From assembly GCA_951828515.1 (NCBI GenBank), contig OX639992.1:2146217-2210216 (forward strand): a stretch of 64,000 nt of DNA, written 5' to 3'. Positions 18,791 to 28,967 of this stretch are shown here, in pieces; position 1 is the first letter of the stretch; every line of letters begins with the position of its first letter. This DNA is from an uncultured Poribacteria bacterium. GTDB lineage: Bacteria > Poribacteria > WGA-4E > WGA-3G. Below the pieces are notes generated by a model. That model searched no databases, was not told the DNA's origin, and was given only the letters and a program-made list of their open reading frames with translations. The translations under genes and the position numbers were made by a program.

Positions 18791-21010
18791 TTAATCTCGT
18801 GAACGTTTCAATTCACCCCACTGCGTAGTCAGCTTACCTTTAGCGGAAACCAACCCTCTCAGGCGGACTGTCGCTAACGTCTGGCGTTCGCCCCCCAAAG
18901 ATACGTCCTCAATTTGATAGTAGTAGACGACATTCGGCTTCGCCGTGGTGTCTGTCCACGTATAGGTATTCCGTTCAGCGGTCGTGCCTGCTCCAGGAAT
19001 CAACTGGACGTTGATGACCTTGAATTCACCCGTCCTCGTTTGACTTCGCAATATATTGAATCCGGCGTTGTCCACCTCGGACTCGGTCGTCCAATTAATG
19101 GCAACCGTGCCAGTCTCCGTGAGGTCTGGACGGAATTGAGACAGTTGGACGGGAAGTGCCCCGCCTGCCCGGATACTGGGGCTTCCGTGGTCGGTTCTAC
19201 TACCGTACCAAGTTTCAATATTTTTCTGTGATAAGTAGAGGAATGAAGTTTCTGCTGCGCGGACCCACGCATCTCTCAGGGTCCCGTCAAGCGCGATGCC
19301 TTTGTTCGTGTATCTTCGGATCCGTGGGTTATACTCGCGATACTGGCGGATGATCGAGGTTCGGGCTCCATCTTCTGTCCATCCGTTCGGCAATTCCCAT
19401 GTGGGTCGATCGGCAGTCCGGACGCTGCCATCAAGGTTTCCAACTTCATCGACGAGGTTATTTCTCCCATCGACGAGTTTGATGTGGAACCCCTGGGTCG
19501 GATGTAAGAACGCATCTCGCGAGGTGCGCATCCCAAATTCAGCGGCGAGTGCCGGGTAAACCTTGAAGACACGGGTAGCTCCGAAAAGTTGTCCTTTCGC
19601 GTGAGTGGTCCCAGAGTTTCTTCCATCGGCTGAGACGATGAGCACCGACTGCTCTGGAGAGATCGTTTTCACGCGTCCACTATTCTTAAAATTAATTGTT
19701 CCGGACAGGGGTTCGTTGTTTGCGCGCGGATTGTCGTAGTTTTCAATGATTAGTTCCCATCCAGTATCAGCATCTAAGGCGACGGTTTCTGTTTTAGAAG
19801 TATTGGAGAGTTCAATCCACTGGATTTCATTCGCGCCCCCATCCGTAGCGAACATAATTTCGCTAATCGTCACTGTTCCTTGTCTTGGCGTAACGCCTGT
19901 TGGGGTACCGGTTGCAGCGACCCGAAAGGTGTGTGCGGGGGAAGGCGTTGCTGTGTTTTGGACCCCACCTGCGTCTGCGACTGCACCAGTGTTGACCTGC
20001 ACCGTCACAGTCGTAACCCCCGGATTGGGCGTGAGGATTGCGGAGTAGACGTTTGAACCGGGGATCGGGGTTGGTGAAGTGATTGTGCCGCCGGTGACGT
20101 TGATTTCGCTCGCCAGTAGCGTGGTGCCCGCTTGCAGCGGTTCGTTAAAGGCGATCGTCATAGGAAAGGGACCGCCGCCGAGAGAAGGCGCGCCAGCAAT
20201 CGTTGCGACGGGTCCGGTCGTATCTACAGTAAACGTGCCTTTTGGGAAGACATACGCGCCGTTACTTGCCGCTTCCACTGTTATCTCTGCTCTGCCTGGA
20301 AGAGGGACAATTGTTAACGTCCACACTCTTTTGGCAGCGTCAGGGACAATACTATCAAGATATCCGTTGGTGACCTTGAGATCTGCGGACCCCAGTGTAA
20401 TCGATTTTGTTGAGGTTAACGTCACCGTAAAGGGTGTGTCGCCACGAACAAGTTTATCAGGGGTCAACGTGAGCGGGGGTGCCGCACTCCGAATTATTTT
20501 GACTTCTAGTGGAGTAGCCGGAACACTTGGGGTCGCGGCAGTACCGTCTATTACATCCTGTGGGCTAAGAATAGTGTTAGCGGCCGCTGCTGGTATTCGT
20601 ATAATGACCCTATTGACACTACCTCCAGCGGTGATTGTTGTCGTGTACACGCCTGGAACGTCGGAATCAACAGGAGCCACAGCTGCCCCGCGTTGAACAA
20701 ACTGGTCATTTGGATCAAAAGCAAACAACTCAATATCAGTTTCATCAAACCCGGTTACTGGGGTATTCACAGGAGTAGCGGCATTGGGGTCATTTTGAAA
20801 CATGATGGTTAGTTCAAAAGAAACGGATTCAGCTCTGATGCCGTACACTTGGATGCCCAGCGTGTCTGATTCAGTGTCAACATTTGCCACCTCATCTGGG
20901 ACCGATAGGACTGGTGTTACAGCTTCGGTTGCAGGGGTCGCAACGAAAGCCAGTCCAACAACGAGTAGCACCGCAAAAACTAAGATAAATTTCAATTTAT
21001 TAAAGAACAT
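18791..21010 (-). CDS. Large secreted protein of unknown function with C-terminal GKLTTQWGELKR tail
   Basis: Signal peptide. T/V/P-rich beta-strand-like composition. SD GGAGG upstream. Confidence 0.45.
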   Translation of the reverse strand: MFFNKLKFILVFAVLLVVGLAFVATPATEAVTPVLSVPDEVANVDTESDTLGIQVYGIRAESVSFELTIMFQNDPNAATPVNTPVTGFDETDIELFAFDPNDQFVQRGAAVAPVDSDVPGVYTTTITAGGSVNRVIIRIPAAAANTILSPQDVIDGTAATPSVPATPLEVKIIRSAAPPLTLTPDKLVRGDTPFTVTLTSTKSITLGSADLKVTNGYLDSIVPDAAKRVWTLTIVPLPGRAEITVEAASNGAYVFPKGTFTVDTTGPVATIAGAPSLGGGPFPMTIAFNEPLQAGTTLLASEINVTGGTITSPTPIPGSNVYSAILTPNPGVTTVTVQVNTGAVADAGGVQNTATPSPAHTFRVAATGTPTGVTPRQGTVTISEIMFATDGGANEIQWIELSNTSKTETVALDADTGWELIIENYDNPRANNEPLSGTINFKNSGRVKTISPEQSVLIVSADGRNSGTTHAKGQLFGATRVFKVYPALAAEFGMRTSRDAFLHPTQGFHIKLVDGRNNLVDEVGNLDGSVRTADRPTWELPNGWTEDGARTSIIRQYREYNPRIRRYTNKGIALDGTLRDAWVRAAETSFLYLSQKNIETWYGSRTDHGSPSIRAGGALPVQLSQFRPDLTETGTVAINWTTESEVDNAGFNILRSQTRTGEFKVINVQLIPGAGTTAERNTYTWTDTTAKPNVVYYYQIEDVSLGGERQTLATVRLRGLVSAKGKLTTQWGELKRSRD

Positions 21011-21025
21011 TCGTCATTTTCCTCC

Positions 21026-21063
21026 TTCAAGCGAATTCAAGCGAATTCAAGCGAATTCAAGCG
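21026..21063. repeat. 3 copies of a 10-bp unit GCGAATTCAA, immediately upstream of the SD of gene 18791-21010
   Basis: Direct reading. Confidence 0.85.
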
Positions 21064-21462
21064 CAGGAACATGTTTTGGAGTTTTTTCGTCGGGTTGGGT
21101 TTTCAACGCGAATTTTCAAAAATTTCTCTCCTGAAGGGATTAACGTCATTTCGGTTAAGGGCGTTACGAAAAAGTGCGGTGAAAGAAGGATAGTGTGTCA
21201 GGCGGGATGTGGTGTGTATATTGTCTGAATCGCGGATTGGCGCGGATTTTACAGATTTCGCGGATTTTAAGAGTTTTTGGGTCTGAGGCATTGTCGCGGG
21301 TGGGAGGGATGTTATTTGTATTGAAGGATTTTTCAAGGTAGGAAGTTGTGTTGGGTTTCACATGCGTTCAACCTAACCTACAATGAAGCCTGGGCGAGGT
21401 TAGGGGGAAACACCCTATCAAAAACACCTCGCCAGCGGTTGGTGTGCGTTGTTAACTCAGTA

Positions 21463-21993
21463 TTAGAATTGTGCGGGGAAGTTTCCGCGTGCGGCATCCA
21501 TGACTTCGGCTGTGATTTCATCGTGTCCGTTGTCTTTGGCAAAACTTTCAATCCCCATCTTCGCCATCGGACGGACAAACGCCGGAATTCGCTCTAAGCG
21601 TTCGAGTGCCTCCACTGTCCAGACGGGACCGCTCGGCTCGGCAGGCTCAGGCTCTTCCTGAAATGCGTCCGAGATGGCAGAGGTAAAGGGACATTTGCCA
21701 CCTTCAGCGGTTTCACCGGTACTCATTCCTGGGGAAAACTCGTTAGGCATCGCTTCGCTTTTTCCTGTCTCTAACTGTGAACGTACCATCTGCATCGGTT
21801 GCGCAGCTTCGTTGTTACCACCGAGTTTGAGATCCAAGGATTTTAACATCTGGGTCTCCGATGGATTGAGGAACATGGCGATCTCTGTAAAACAGTCAGG
21901 ACATTCAAAAAGTGCTGTCACGGAGCCTTGTTCGGGACGGGTTACGTCCTTAAATTTCATCGCTGTGTCACAGTCTGTACATAAAAATTTCAT
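21463..21993 (-). CDS. Zinc-ribbon plus PCP_red-like (BchB/ChlB C-terminal-like) domain protein
   Basis: CxxC..CxxC at the N-terminus. C-terminal WTVEALERLERIPAFVRPMAKMGIESFAKDNGHDEITAEVMD resembles the ChlB C-terminal domain (W.PEA...L.KIPFFVRGK.R..TE.FA...G...IT.E). Confidence 0.5.
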   Translation of the reverse strand: MKFLCTDCDTAMKFKDVTRPEQGSVTALFECPDCFTEIAMFLNPSETQMLKSLDLKLGGNNEAAQPMQMVRSQLETGKSEAMPNEFSPGMSTGETAEGGKCPFTSAISDAFQEEPEPAEPSGPVWTVEALERLERIPAFVRPMAKMGIESFAKDNGHDEITAEVMDAARGNFPAQF

Positions 21994-22160
21994 TTTTTAA
22001 TTATTCCTTTTTTAATTTTCCTTGCGGAGAAACAGCGGACGTTCCAACTTTGACATGCGTTCCTCAAATCCGCTCTCCAAATGTAAAGCAAAGACAAATT
22101 ATGCCATTTAAGGAGAACCTAATTTCATTACGAGCTACGGGTTTTGAGGCTATCGTAACC
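21994..22160 (-). promoter_or_regulatory. Leader repeat family copy abutting the start codon
   Basis: TTTTAATTTTCCTTGCGGAG ... ATCCGCTCTCCAAATGTAAAGCAAAGACAAATTATGCCATTTAAGG ... ATTTCATTACGAGCTACGGG. Confidence 0.6.
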
Positions 22161-22269
22161 TAAATGACCACCTTGTAGCATGGTCTCCTGTTAGGCTGTG
22201 CGTCTTCGGGCACAGGAGGTCAACACTTTCCTACGCTACAAAGAGGTACACTTATTTATCGGCTTGACT

Positions 22270-23154
22270 CTATAGACTTTGAAAAAACGCTTGAACTTTC
22301 TCAGCCACTGCCATGAGTACCTTGCTCGCCGGAGCGTCCGGGTATTCATGAAGATACAAAGTTCCGTCGTCACTGGAACGGGCGAGTTTCGGATCAAAGG
22401 GGACACTGCCCAAAAGATCCTGCTGGAATGCAGTATCCAACGTCTCGTCACTGGAAAAAAGCGGTTCCTTTTCGCCACAGTGTTGACAGACATAGAACGC
22501 CATGTTCTCGACAACACCGATGATTGGGACCTTGAGAACGTCCCTCGCCATTGTTACCGATTTTTTGACGATGAACTGCGAGACCTCAGACGGGATTGTC
22601 ACGACGACGACACCCCCGAGGTCCGGGATCAGTTCTGCCACGTTCGGAAGCCGATCGGTACCGGGAGGCAAATCCAGTAGGAGATAATCCAACGTTCCCC
22701 ATTCCGTATCGCCGATGAATTCTCGGAGCGCGCCAACCTCCATCGCGCTACGCCACGTGAACGCATCCTTCTGGGTGTGCGCATTCCAGATTACCGGGGC
22801 ATCGTCTTCCGCCAAGAGCAAATCCATAGAGATAAGTTTTGTGCCGAGTGCAGTAATCGCAGGCTTGACACCCGCGGGTGTGTATTCCAGCGTAGCATTA
22901 CGCACCCCCATCATCTTGGCAAGTGTCGGTCCGTTGATGTCAGCATCGACGACTCCGACAGTGTTACCCTGCAATGTGAGGGCAGTGGCGAGGTTCGCGG
23001 TGAGCGAACTTTTGCCGACCCCGCCTTTCCCGCTCATAATCGCGACGGTGTGCTTGACTGAAGCGAGTCGTTTCTGGACTCGGTTCGCCTGTGCCTCGAC
23101 TTGCCCGATAATGTTGGAACCGGCATCGCTTGGTAGTTCTTTGTAAGTTTTCAT
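22270..23154 (-). CDS. apbC: Mrp/NBP35 (ApbC) family Fe-S cluster carrier ATPase
   Basis: Deviant Walker A SGKGGVGKSS and a ParA/MinD-like fold. The CxxC motif of the family is not visible in the translation. Confidence 0.8.
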   Translation of the reverse strand: MKTYKELPSDAGSNIIGQVEAQANRVQKRLASVKHTVAIMSGKGGVGKSSLTANLATALTLQGNTVGVVDADINGPTLAKMMGVRNATLEYTPAGVKPAITALGTKLISMDLLLAEDDAPVIWNAHTQKDAFTWRSAMEVGALREFIGDTEWGTLDYLLLDLPPGTDRLPNVAELIPDLGGVVVVTIPSEVSQFIVKKSVTMARDVLKVPIIGVVENMAFYVCQHCGEKEPLFSSDETLDTAFQQDLLGSVPFDPKLARSSDDGTLYLHEYPDAPASKVLMAVAEKVQAFFQSL

Positions 23155-23282
23155 TTATGATAGATTTTAGAATTACTTATACATTGTGACCGGTGAGCGG
23201 GCAACCACGAGGGTTGCCCCTACAGAGAACACGCGTTACGCAAACTATTCAAATAGAGATGATATTACTCGCTTGCACCAGA

Positions 23283-24551
23283 TTAAAAACCACCGATGGC
23301 ATAGAGTGCCTGATAACTGCGCAGATAGAGCGTCCCATTTACGAGAACAGGAGATGCGGCGATGACCTCGCCCATCGAGTTGCTGGCAACGATTTCAAAT
23401 TCACGTCCCGCCTTTACAACGGTGATAACACCATCGCGAGATGTGAGATAAACAAATCCGTCCGCATAGATCGGTGAGGCGCGATGTCGGTGGCGATGTG
23501 TCCGTTCACGATAGAGTTGTTCGCCAGTCTCGGCATCAAGACATATCAGATCCCCGTTTTCTCGACAGAGATAAACTAAACCGTCATGAATAAGCGGGGA
23601 AGGTACATCTGGCGTGCCTTGTCGAAGCTTCCAACGTTGCCACTCGCTGTTTGTAATATCACCCTGTGCCGCCGGATCAATGCCAACAACAGGCCCATTT
23701 TTCGCTGAGGGGACAACGATGAGCCCCTCCATGGCAACCGGAGAAGCGACGAACCGCAGACTGTAGTTATAACGTTCTTTCGGGTTCAGGTCACCACACC
23801 GCCAGATTTCACTGCCATCTTCAAGACTGTGAGCCGTAACATAGTCTGCGCCGTGTACGACGAGATATTCACGTTCTGAATCACGGTAGAGAATGGGAGA
23901 GGTATAAGCGTGTTCACACTCCTCAGTTGCGTCGCTGTCGCGCTTATGCTTCCAGATCTCTTCCCCCGTCATTTTGTCGAGTGCCAGCACAAGCCATGCG
24001 TTGCTGTGGATGAGTTGGATGTAAAGCCGATCCTTATCCAGCAGCGGGGTTGTTGACATGACGAAATAGAGATTAAACCTACCGTAACGGTCGGCGAGAT
24101 TGGTGTGCCACACCTGATTCCCATCGAAATCGTAGCAGGCGAGATCCCCAGTGCCGAGGAACGCCCAGACGTGTTCGCCATCGGTTACGGGAGAGGGAGC
24201 GGCAGAATTGCCTTCGCCGCCGCGGACGACGCGGTTGCCACGTCCTAAAGTCCGCTTCCAGAGTTCTTTGCCTTCGGTACTGATACACATCAAAACAAGT
24301 GTATTGCCTTCAGCAGAGGTAAGGAAAATTTTATCTTCCCAGACAATAGGGGTAGAGGCGGCATCACCTGGGAGCGGCAAACGCCATCGGATATTCTCGG
24401 TTTGGCTCCATTGGATAGGCGCGTCGGTCTCTTGGCTGACACCGTCGTTGTTCGGTCCGCGCCACTGGTGCCAGTTGCCAGCAAAACCATTCGCGACCAG
24501 GATAAACACCCCGAGTAGGAGTGTTAGTGTATTTCGTAAAACATTTCGCAT
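23283..24551 (-). CDS. PQQ-like beta-propeller repeat protein, secreted
   Basis: Signal peptide. Repeated W..xxG propeller blades (WHQWRGPNNDG). Confidence 0.65.
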   Translation of the reverse strand: MRNVLRNTLTLLLGVFILVANGFAGNWHQWRGPNNDGVSQETDAPIQWSQTENIRWRLPLPGDAASTPIVWEDKIFLTSAEGNTLVLMCISTEGKELWKRTLGRGNRVVRGGEGNSAAPSPVTDGEHVWAFLGTGDLACYDFDGNQVWHTNLADRYGRFNLYFVMSTTPLLDKDRLYIQLIHSNAWLVLALDKMTGEEIWKHKRDSDATEECEHAYTSPILYRDSEREYLVVHGADYVTAHSLEDGSEIWRCGDLNPKERYNYSLRFVASPVAMEGLIVVPSAKNGPVVGIDPAAQGDITNSEWQRWKLRQGTPDVPSPLIHDGLVYLCRENGDLICLDAETGEQLYRERTHRHRHRASPIYADGFVYLTSRDGVITVVKAGREFEIVASNSMGEVIAASPVLVNGTLYLRSYQALYAIGGF

Positions 24552-24743
24552 GATGAGCCTCCGCCTTTCAGCACACTTTATTGAGAGTCTATCCCCTCAC
24601 ACGGCATATATAACAACAGAACTTACGCAAAGTGGATAAAAAAGCGATAGATTTCACCGGAAAAGGCGTTATCTCAGTAACCTAACCCTCTAAATCCCCC
24701 TTATCAGGGGGACTTTAAGAAGAACTGCGTAAGTCCTAAACAA

Positions 24744-25172
24744 TTAACGCTTTTCGTCTGTCCACACGCCTCTATCAGGACCATTCCACTGATAAGGCAC
24801 TATTTTTGATAAACTCCCCACGTTGTATTCCAGGAACTCATGTCCAGCCTCTATAACATAACCTTCGTTTGTAAAAATGGGGAATTCCAGATCGGAGAGG
24901 GAAGTAAAAGGTTCAATTTCCAGCGATATGTCGAGCTGACCTTCCACCGTTTTATAGATAAGATCCGCGGAATGGCTTTCGTGCTTGAGGATCATGATTA
25001 CACCGGACTGTTGAACCTTTCCATTAGACGAACAGACCTTCAAGCCGATAACAAGATCCGCTGGTGGCGGAGGAGTCGATTGCACCTTAAACCATAAACT
25101 CTGGACGGTGCCTTCCGCTGACCCTTCATTCGGACCAAGAATTTGGAACGTGACCGTTGGAATATCAGACAT
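24744..25172 (-). CDS. Hypothetical protein
   Basis: ORF with SD AGGAG before ATG 25172. No motifs recognised. Confidence 0.35.
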   Translation of the reverse strand: MSDIPTVTFQILGPNEGSAEGTVQSLWFKVQSTPPPPADLVIGLKVCSSNGKVQQSGVIMILKHESHSADLIYKTVEGQLDISLEIEPFTSLSDLEFPIFTNEGYVIEAGHEFLEYNVGSLSKIVPYQWNGPDRGVWTDEKR

Positions 25173-25333
25173 ACACCTACTCCTACGTTTTAACCAGTTG
25201 ATCAACAATTGCGGTTTATCTAAACATCAATTCTAAAGGCATCTGTGTTGCTCGTTCTTTTTCGGTTGGCTTGTGAATAGGTTTCCCTAACGGACGAAGT
25301 GGCAATTCTCCTTGTGCAAATTTCTGTATTCTT

Positions 25334-25558
25334 TCACGAGTGCTTCTCGTATTTTTTCCCTATGTTGTATGGGGGAGATGTGATGACTAAATCCACTGAA
25401 TTTGATGGAATGCTTTTGAGTAGGTTGTTACAATCTCCTTCAAAGAGCGTAACATCCACATCCGTGTTATAGGTATCTGAAATCTCAATCTGACGTGGCG
25501 TGTTGAAAATACCCGTCTCAACTTCAACTGTCTCAACGCGAGAATCTTGGGATGCCAT
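25334..25558 (-). pseudogene. N-terminal 74-aa remnant of a beta-class N4/N6 DNA methyltransferase (motif IV, SPPY)
   Basis: DLVITSPPYNIGKKYEK. The reading frame stops shortly after the catalytic motif and no continuation is found in the other frames. Confidence 0.5.
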
Positions 25559-25800
25559 GTCAATCTCCTAAGAATGTATCAATTGACAAAAGTCACCTAC
25601 AATAGCGTAGGATTACTTATATTCTATAAATTTCTGTAACTTTTGTCCACCACTATAAGATACGGAGCCATTCAGTTGTCGGTTTTGTGCCAGTGTCGCG
25701 ATTCGGAGATCGCTCCTACCGCGAAAAGTCGGGAATCGGAGTTCCCTCCTACAGGAGAACTGAATGTAAGGAATCTTGATACTTTAGCATGGAGAGGATA

Positions 25801-27705
25801 TCAATCCTGATCTGGCTGTTGATAATACTGCCCAAGCACCTCATTGGCGAGACTTCTGCCGTCCTCAATGACGCGTGCGGCAAAATCAAGCGTAACTTGG
25901 GGAACGTCGTTCTCTTGCGCTCGCTGTTCAATCCGAGTTTGCGTGATATTCCGCATAAACCCAGCAGGCACCAAGTTCAAGCGTTCGAGTGCCTCCTCAG
26001 TCCACTGCACCGGACTCTCAAAGCCCTGTACGACTTCAGCACTCTGAGCGTCGCTCTGTGTCTGCACAGCTCTGAGTTCGGGAGCATCTTCACGGACAGC
26101 CGCCGCTTCACCCATACTGTCGTCAATAATCTCGGTTGCGAAAGTGTTTGTGATAGTGGCAATCTTTTGAGAACGTGCGGACTTCTCAATACGCGCTTTG
26201 ACGTTCCGGCGCATATAACCGCGTGGCACACGCCGCAGTGCCTTTTTCGACTGTTCCGACCACTGGAGTCGCACGCCGTCAAACGTCTCTTCTTCGGCAG
26301 TGCCGCCTTCGTCTACAGCCACATGCTGCAGTGCCCCCTTGTCAACCCTCTGAAAACGCTCCGGTGGTGAACTACAGACGGGACATTTCACGGGTTGTTG
26401 GTTGTGCGCAGCGTAACCACATTCTCCACAGATGTAGGTTTGGACGGCATCCGATTCCAACACTTTCTGTTCGGCGATTTCCTTGGCGACACGCGTCAAT
26501 TGCTCAGAGGCACGTTGTGGCATAATCGCTTCCATCGCCATGTCAATGACGCTTTCGGTAATTACGGAATGCCCACGTTCTATAGCAAACCGATGGACGG
26601 CTGTCTTGGCGATGCCACGGACGAGTGGTGGTGCTTTCTCCATCCTATCCAACGCTTCCTGCGTCCAGACGAGCGTCTCCTCCGCTTTCACATCGATTTG
26701 TGGGAAATAACGCTGACTCGATAAGAGAACGTTGCAAGGTGCCAAACGCAACAGATTTTCGGCAGTGCTACCGATGTCCATATCCTGTTCACTGTGGACT
26801 CCGATTCTGCCTAAAACGAGGAGCCAAGGATTTGTTTTTCGTGCGTATTGTAGGATTTTTTCGTAGGATTTTCCATCAAGTAGGGTAATTTTTAGAGCGT
26901 AGTCGTGTTCCTCTTTTGCGATAGAGCGCGCAACCTCCAAGTGCGACTGATAGATTTTTGCCAACCCTGTATCAATCACCTCTTCGTGGAGTTGCTCCTG
27001 CTCTTTAAACCTGAAAGTCCGTGCGGCGCGTTCCGTGAGTACATTCACAACGGAATTGAAGACGATGTAGTGTAGATACGGATCATAGACGCCAACGGCT
27101 TCGACCTGTTTATTGAACTTATGTCCGAGTTGTATCGCGGTTTTCAAGCCTGAGAAAGATTCCGGACTTCCATCAATTCCGACGAGGATATTTCCTTCGC
27201 TCTCTTCAATCGATTCAAGGTCCCGGACAACAAGCGTATCGGTATTAATACGGCGAACGACGCGTTCACAGACCCCACCGATGAGGCTATCCTTGACGGC
27301 ACCCATACCGAGTGCTCCCATAATCACGAGATCGTAATCGCCTTCCTGAATGTCCTCAACAAGTTTTATGAAATGTTTGCCTTCCGGCATTCTCGGTTCA
27401 AACGGAATCCCAAATTCAGTGCATTTCTGCTGCATCACCTCAAGATAGGAATCCGAGATGAGTTGGAGCCCCATCGTAATGAGCGTATCGTGGATACGAC
27501 GCTGCTTTTCAAGTTCGACCTCGTCTTGGTACTCCTCCGGGAGGGTGTACTCCATCTGCTTAAAGCGAACATCGTGCATTTTTGCGGCGTAAACGTGTGA
27601 ACCTACCAACTGGGACCCGAACTTCCTCGCGAACGCAACTGATAGAGCGATACTCGCGTCCGAGTAGTCGGAATTGTCAACGGGTACGTATATTTTTTTC
27701 ATCAT
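25801..27705 (-). CDS. Multidomain protein with 2 UspA domains, a rubredoxin-like zinc ribbon and 3 PCP_red-like domains
   Basis: UspA-like blocks at residues 1-150 and 160-320. CGECG...CPVC. Three W(T/S)xEA..RL..VP.F.R...T..RIE...A modules. Confidence 0.55.
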   Translation of the reverse strand: MMKKIYVPVDNSDYSDASIALSVAFARKFGSQLVGSHVYAAKMHDVRFKQMEYTLPEEYQDEVELEKQRRIHDTLITMGLQLISDSYLEVMQQKCTEFGIPFEPRMPEGKHFIKLVEDIQEGDYDLVIMGALGMGAVKDSLIGGVCERVVRRINTDTLVVRDLESIEESEGNILVGIDGSPESFSGLKTAIQLGHKFNKQVEAVGVYDPYLHYIVFNSVVNVLTERAARTFRFKEQEQLHEEVIDTGLAKIYQSHLEVARSIAKEEHDYALKITLLDGKSYEKILQYARKTNPWLLVLGRIGVHSEQDMDIGSTAENLLRLAPCNVLLSSQRYFPQIDVKAEETLVWTQEALDRMEKAPPLVRGIAKTAVHRFAIERGHSVITESVIDMAMEAIMPQRASEQLTRVAKEIAEQKVLESDAVQTYICGECGYAAHNQQPVKCPVCSSPPERFQRVDKGALQHVAVDEGGTAEEETFDGVRLQWSEQSKKALRRVPRGYMRRNVKARIEKSARSQKIATITNTFATEIIDDSMGEAAAVREDAPELRAVQTQSDAQSAEVVQGFESPVQWTEEALERLNLVPAGFMRNITQTRIEQRAQENDVPQVTLDFAARVIEDGRSLANEVLGQYYQQPDQD

Positions 27706-27870
27706 TTTTTTAATTTTCCTTGCGGATTTTTAATTTTACCTTGCGGAGAAACAACGTACGTTTCGACTTTTAGGTGCGCTTCTTATATCCGCCCTCCAAA
27801 TGTAGAGCAAAGACAAATTATGCCATTTAAGGCATAATTTCATTACGGGCTATGGTTTCGGTCTTTCGGG
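27706..27870 (-). promoter_or_regulatory. Leader repeat family copy with a duplicated TTTTAATTTTCCTTGCGG head
   Basis: Direct reading. Contains the palindrome TTATGCCATTTAAGGCATAA. Confidence 0.6.
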
Positions 27871-27892
27871 TTAGGGAACTCAACTGCCATCT

Positions 27893-28168
27893 CTACAGTT
27901 TATCCTGTTCACTTGGTTTGTAACGAGCCCCCAAAAAGCCACCAAGGATATGGGCAATCAACGTTGCGGGCCATAGGTAAATCATCGCAGTTTGCCATGC
28001 CCAGTGGAGAACAAAACGCCGTACAACGATGTTAATAACGATCGGTATGTAGAGGCATCTGCTCCACGGACGACTGAATCTCTTAAACCTGCTACGGTAA
28101 AATCCGAACGTGAAATGAACCACAAAAGCCGCCACCGAAATTAACAAACTTGGTACATCGTTTATCAT
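27893..28168 (-). CDS. Small membrane protein, hypothetical
   Basis: Two to three hydrophobic helices. Last gene of the cox-direction operon. Confidence 0.3.
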   Translation of the reverse strand: MINDVPSLLISVAAFVVHFTFGFYRSRFKRFSRPWSRCLYIPIVINIVVRRFVLHWAWQTAMIYLWPATLIAHILGGFLGARYKPSEQDKL

Positions 28169-28290
28169 TGCCTCTAAACAAACCGACTTGACCAGAGCGT
28201 GTAGTCCGATGTGTAAGATCGGACGGGGTTACGTAGAGAAAATCCAATTCAAACTAAACCTAACCGAACGCACGGCGAATAATTAAAAAA

Positions 28291-28956
28291 TCATTTTTCG
28301 AGAAGCACCTTGATATCCCGCCGTAGACGCAAGAGTGCCGGTTTGCTTCGACTATCGTAATAGCCATAGATGTTTCCATCCGGCTCAACGAGAACAAACC
28401 GCGTGCTATGAAGGAGCTCCGTGCCGTTGTGCCCCGCAGCTAAACTGAATCCGTCCTCGGCTAACTGGTAGATAGCTGTCTTGTCCCCAGTAAGAAAGTG
28501 CCAACGTCTATCATCAGCCCCATAAGCCTTTGCGTAGCGCGAGAGGACGCTTGACGTATCCCGCTCCGGATCCACGGAGTAAGAGACAAAATAGACCGGA
28601 TCCGCAACAAATTCGGATTGAAGGCGTGCCATCTCCTGCGTCATTGCCGGACAAATCGTTGGACAATTGGTGAAGATGAAGTCAGCAACCCAAATTTTGC
28701 CCTTCATGTCGGACAGTGTTAACGGCTCTCCGTGCTGTGTTGTCAGGCTAAAGTCCGGGACGCTGACAGCGGCACTTTTAGACACCGGTACTTCCGATTT
28801 AGTGCCAAATACCGACCACAAATTGATACCGGCAATGCCGATGATGATAACACCCAGCACTACCCAGATTAGGGTACTTTTGTCAAGTTTTCGTTCTCGA
28901 AGTCGGGAATCGGAGTTCCCTCCTACACTCTCGGTTTGTGTGTCCATATTGAGCAC
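28291..28956 (-). CDS. SCO1/SenC copper chaperone for cytochrome oxidase assembly
   Basis: Thioredoxin-like CxxxC (FTNCPTICP), N-terminal TM anchor, family-typical length. Confidence 0.8.
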   Translation of the reverse strand: MLNMDTQTESVGGNSDSRLRERKLDKSTLIWVVLGVIIIGIAGINLWSVFGTKSEVPVSKSAAVSVPDFSLTTQHGEPLTLSDMKGKIWVADFIFTNCPTICPAMTQEMARLQSEFVADPVYFVSYSVDPERDTSSVLSRYAKAYGADDRRWHFLTGDKTAIYQLAEDGFSLAAGHNGTELLHSTRFVLVEPDGNIYGYYDSRSKPALLRLRRDIKVLLEK

Positions 28957-28967
28957 CCAACCAGCAG

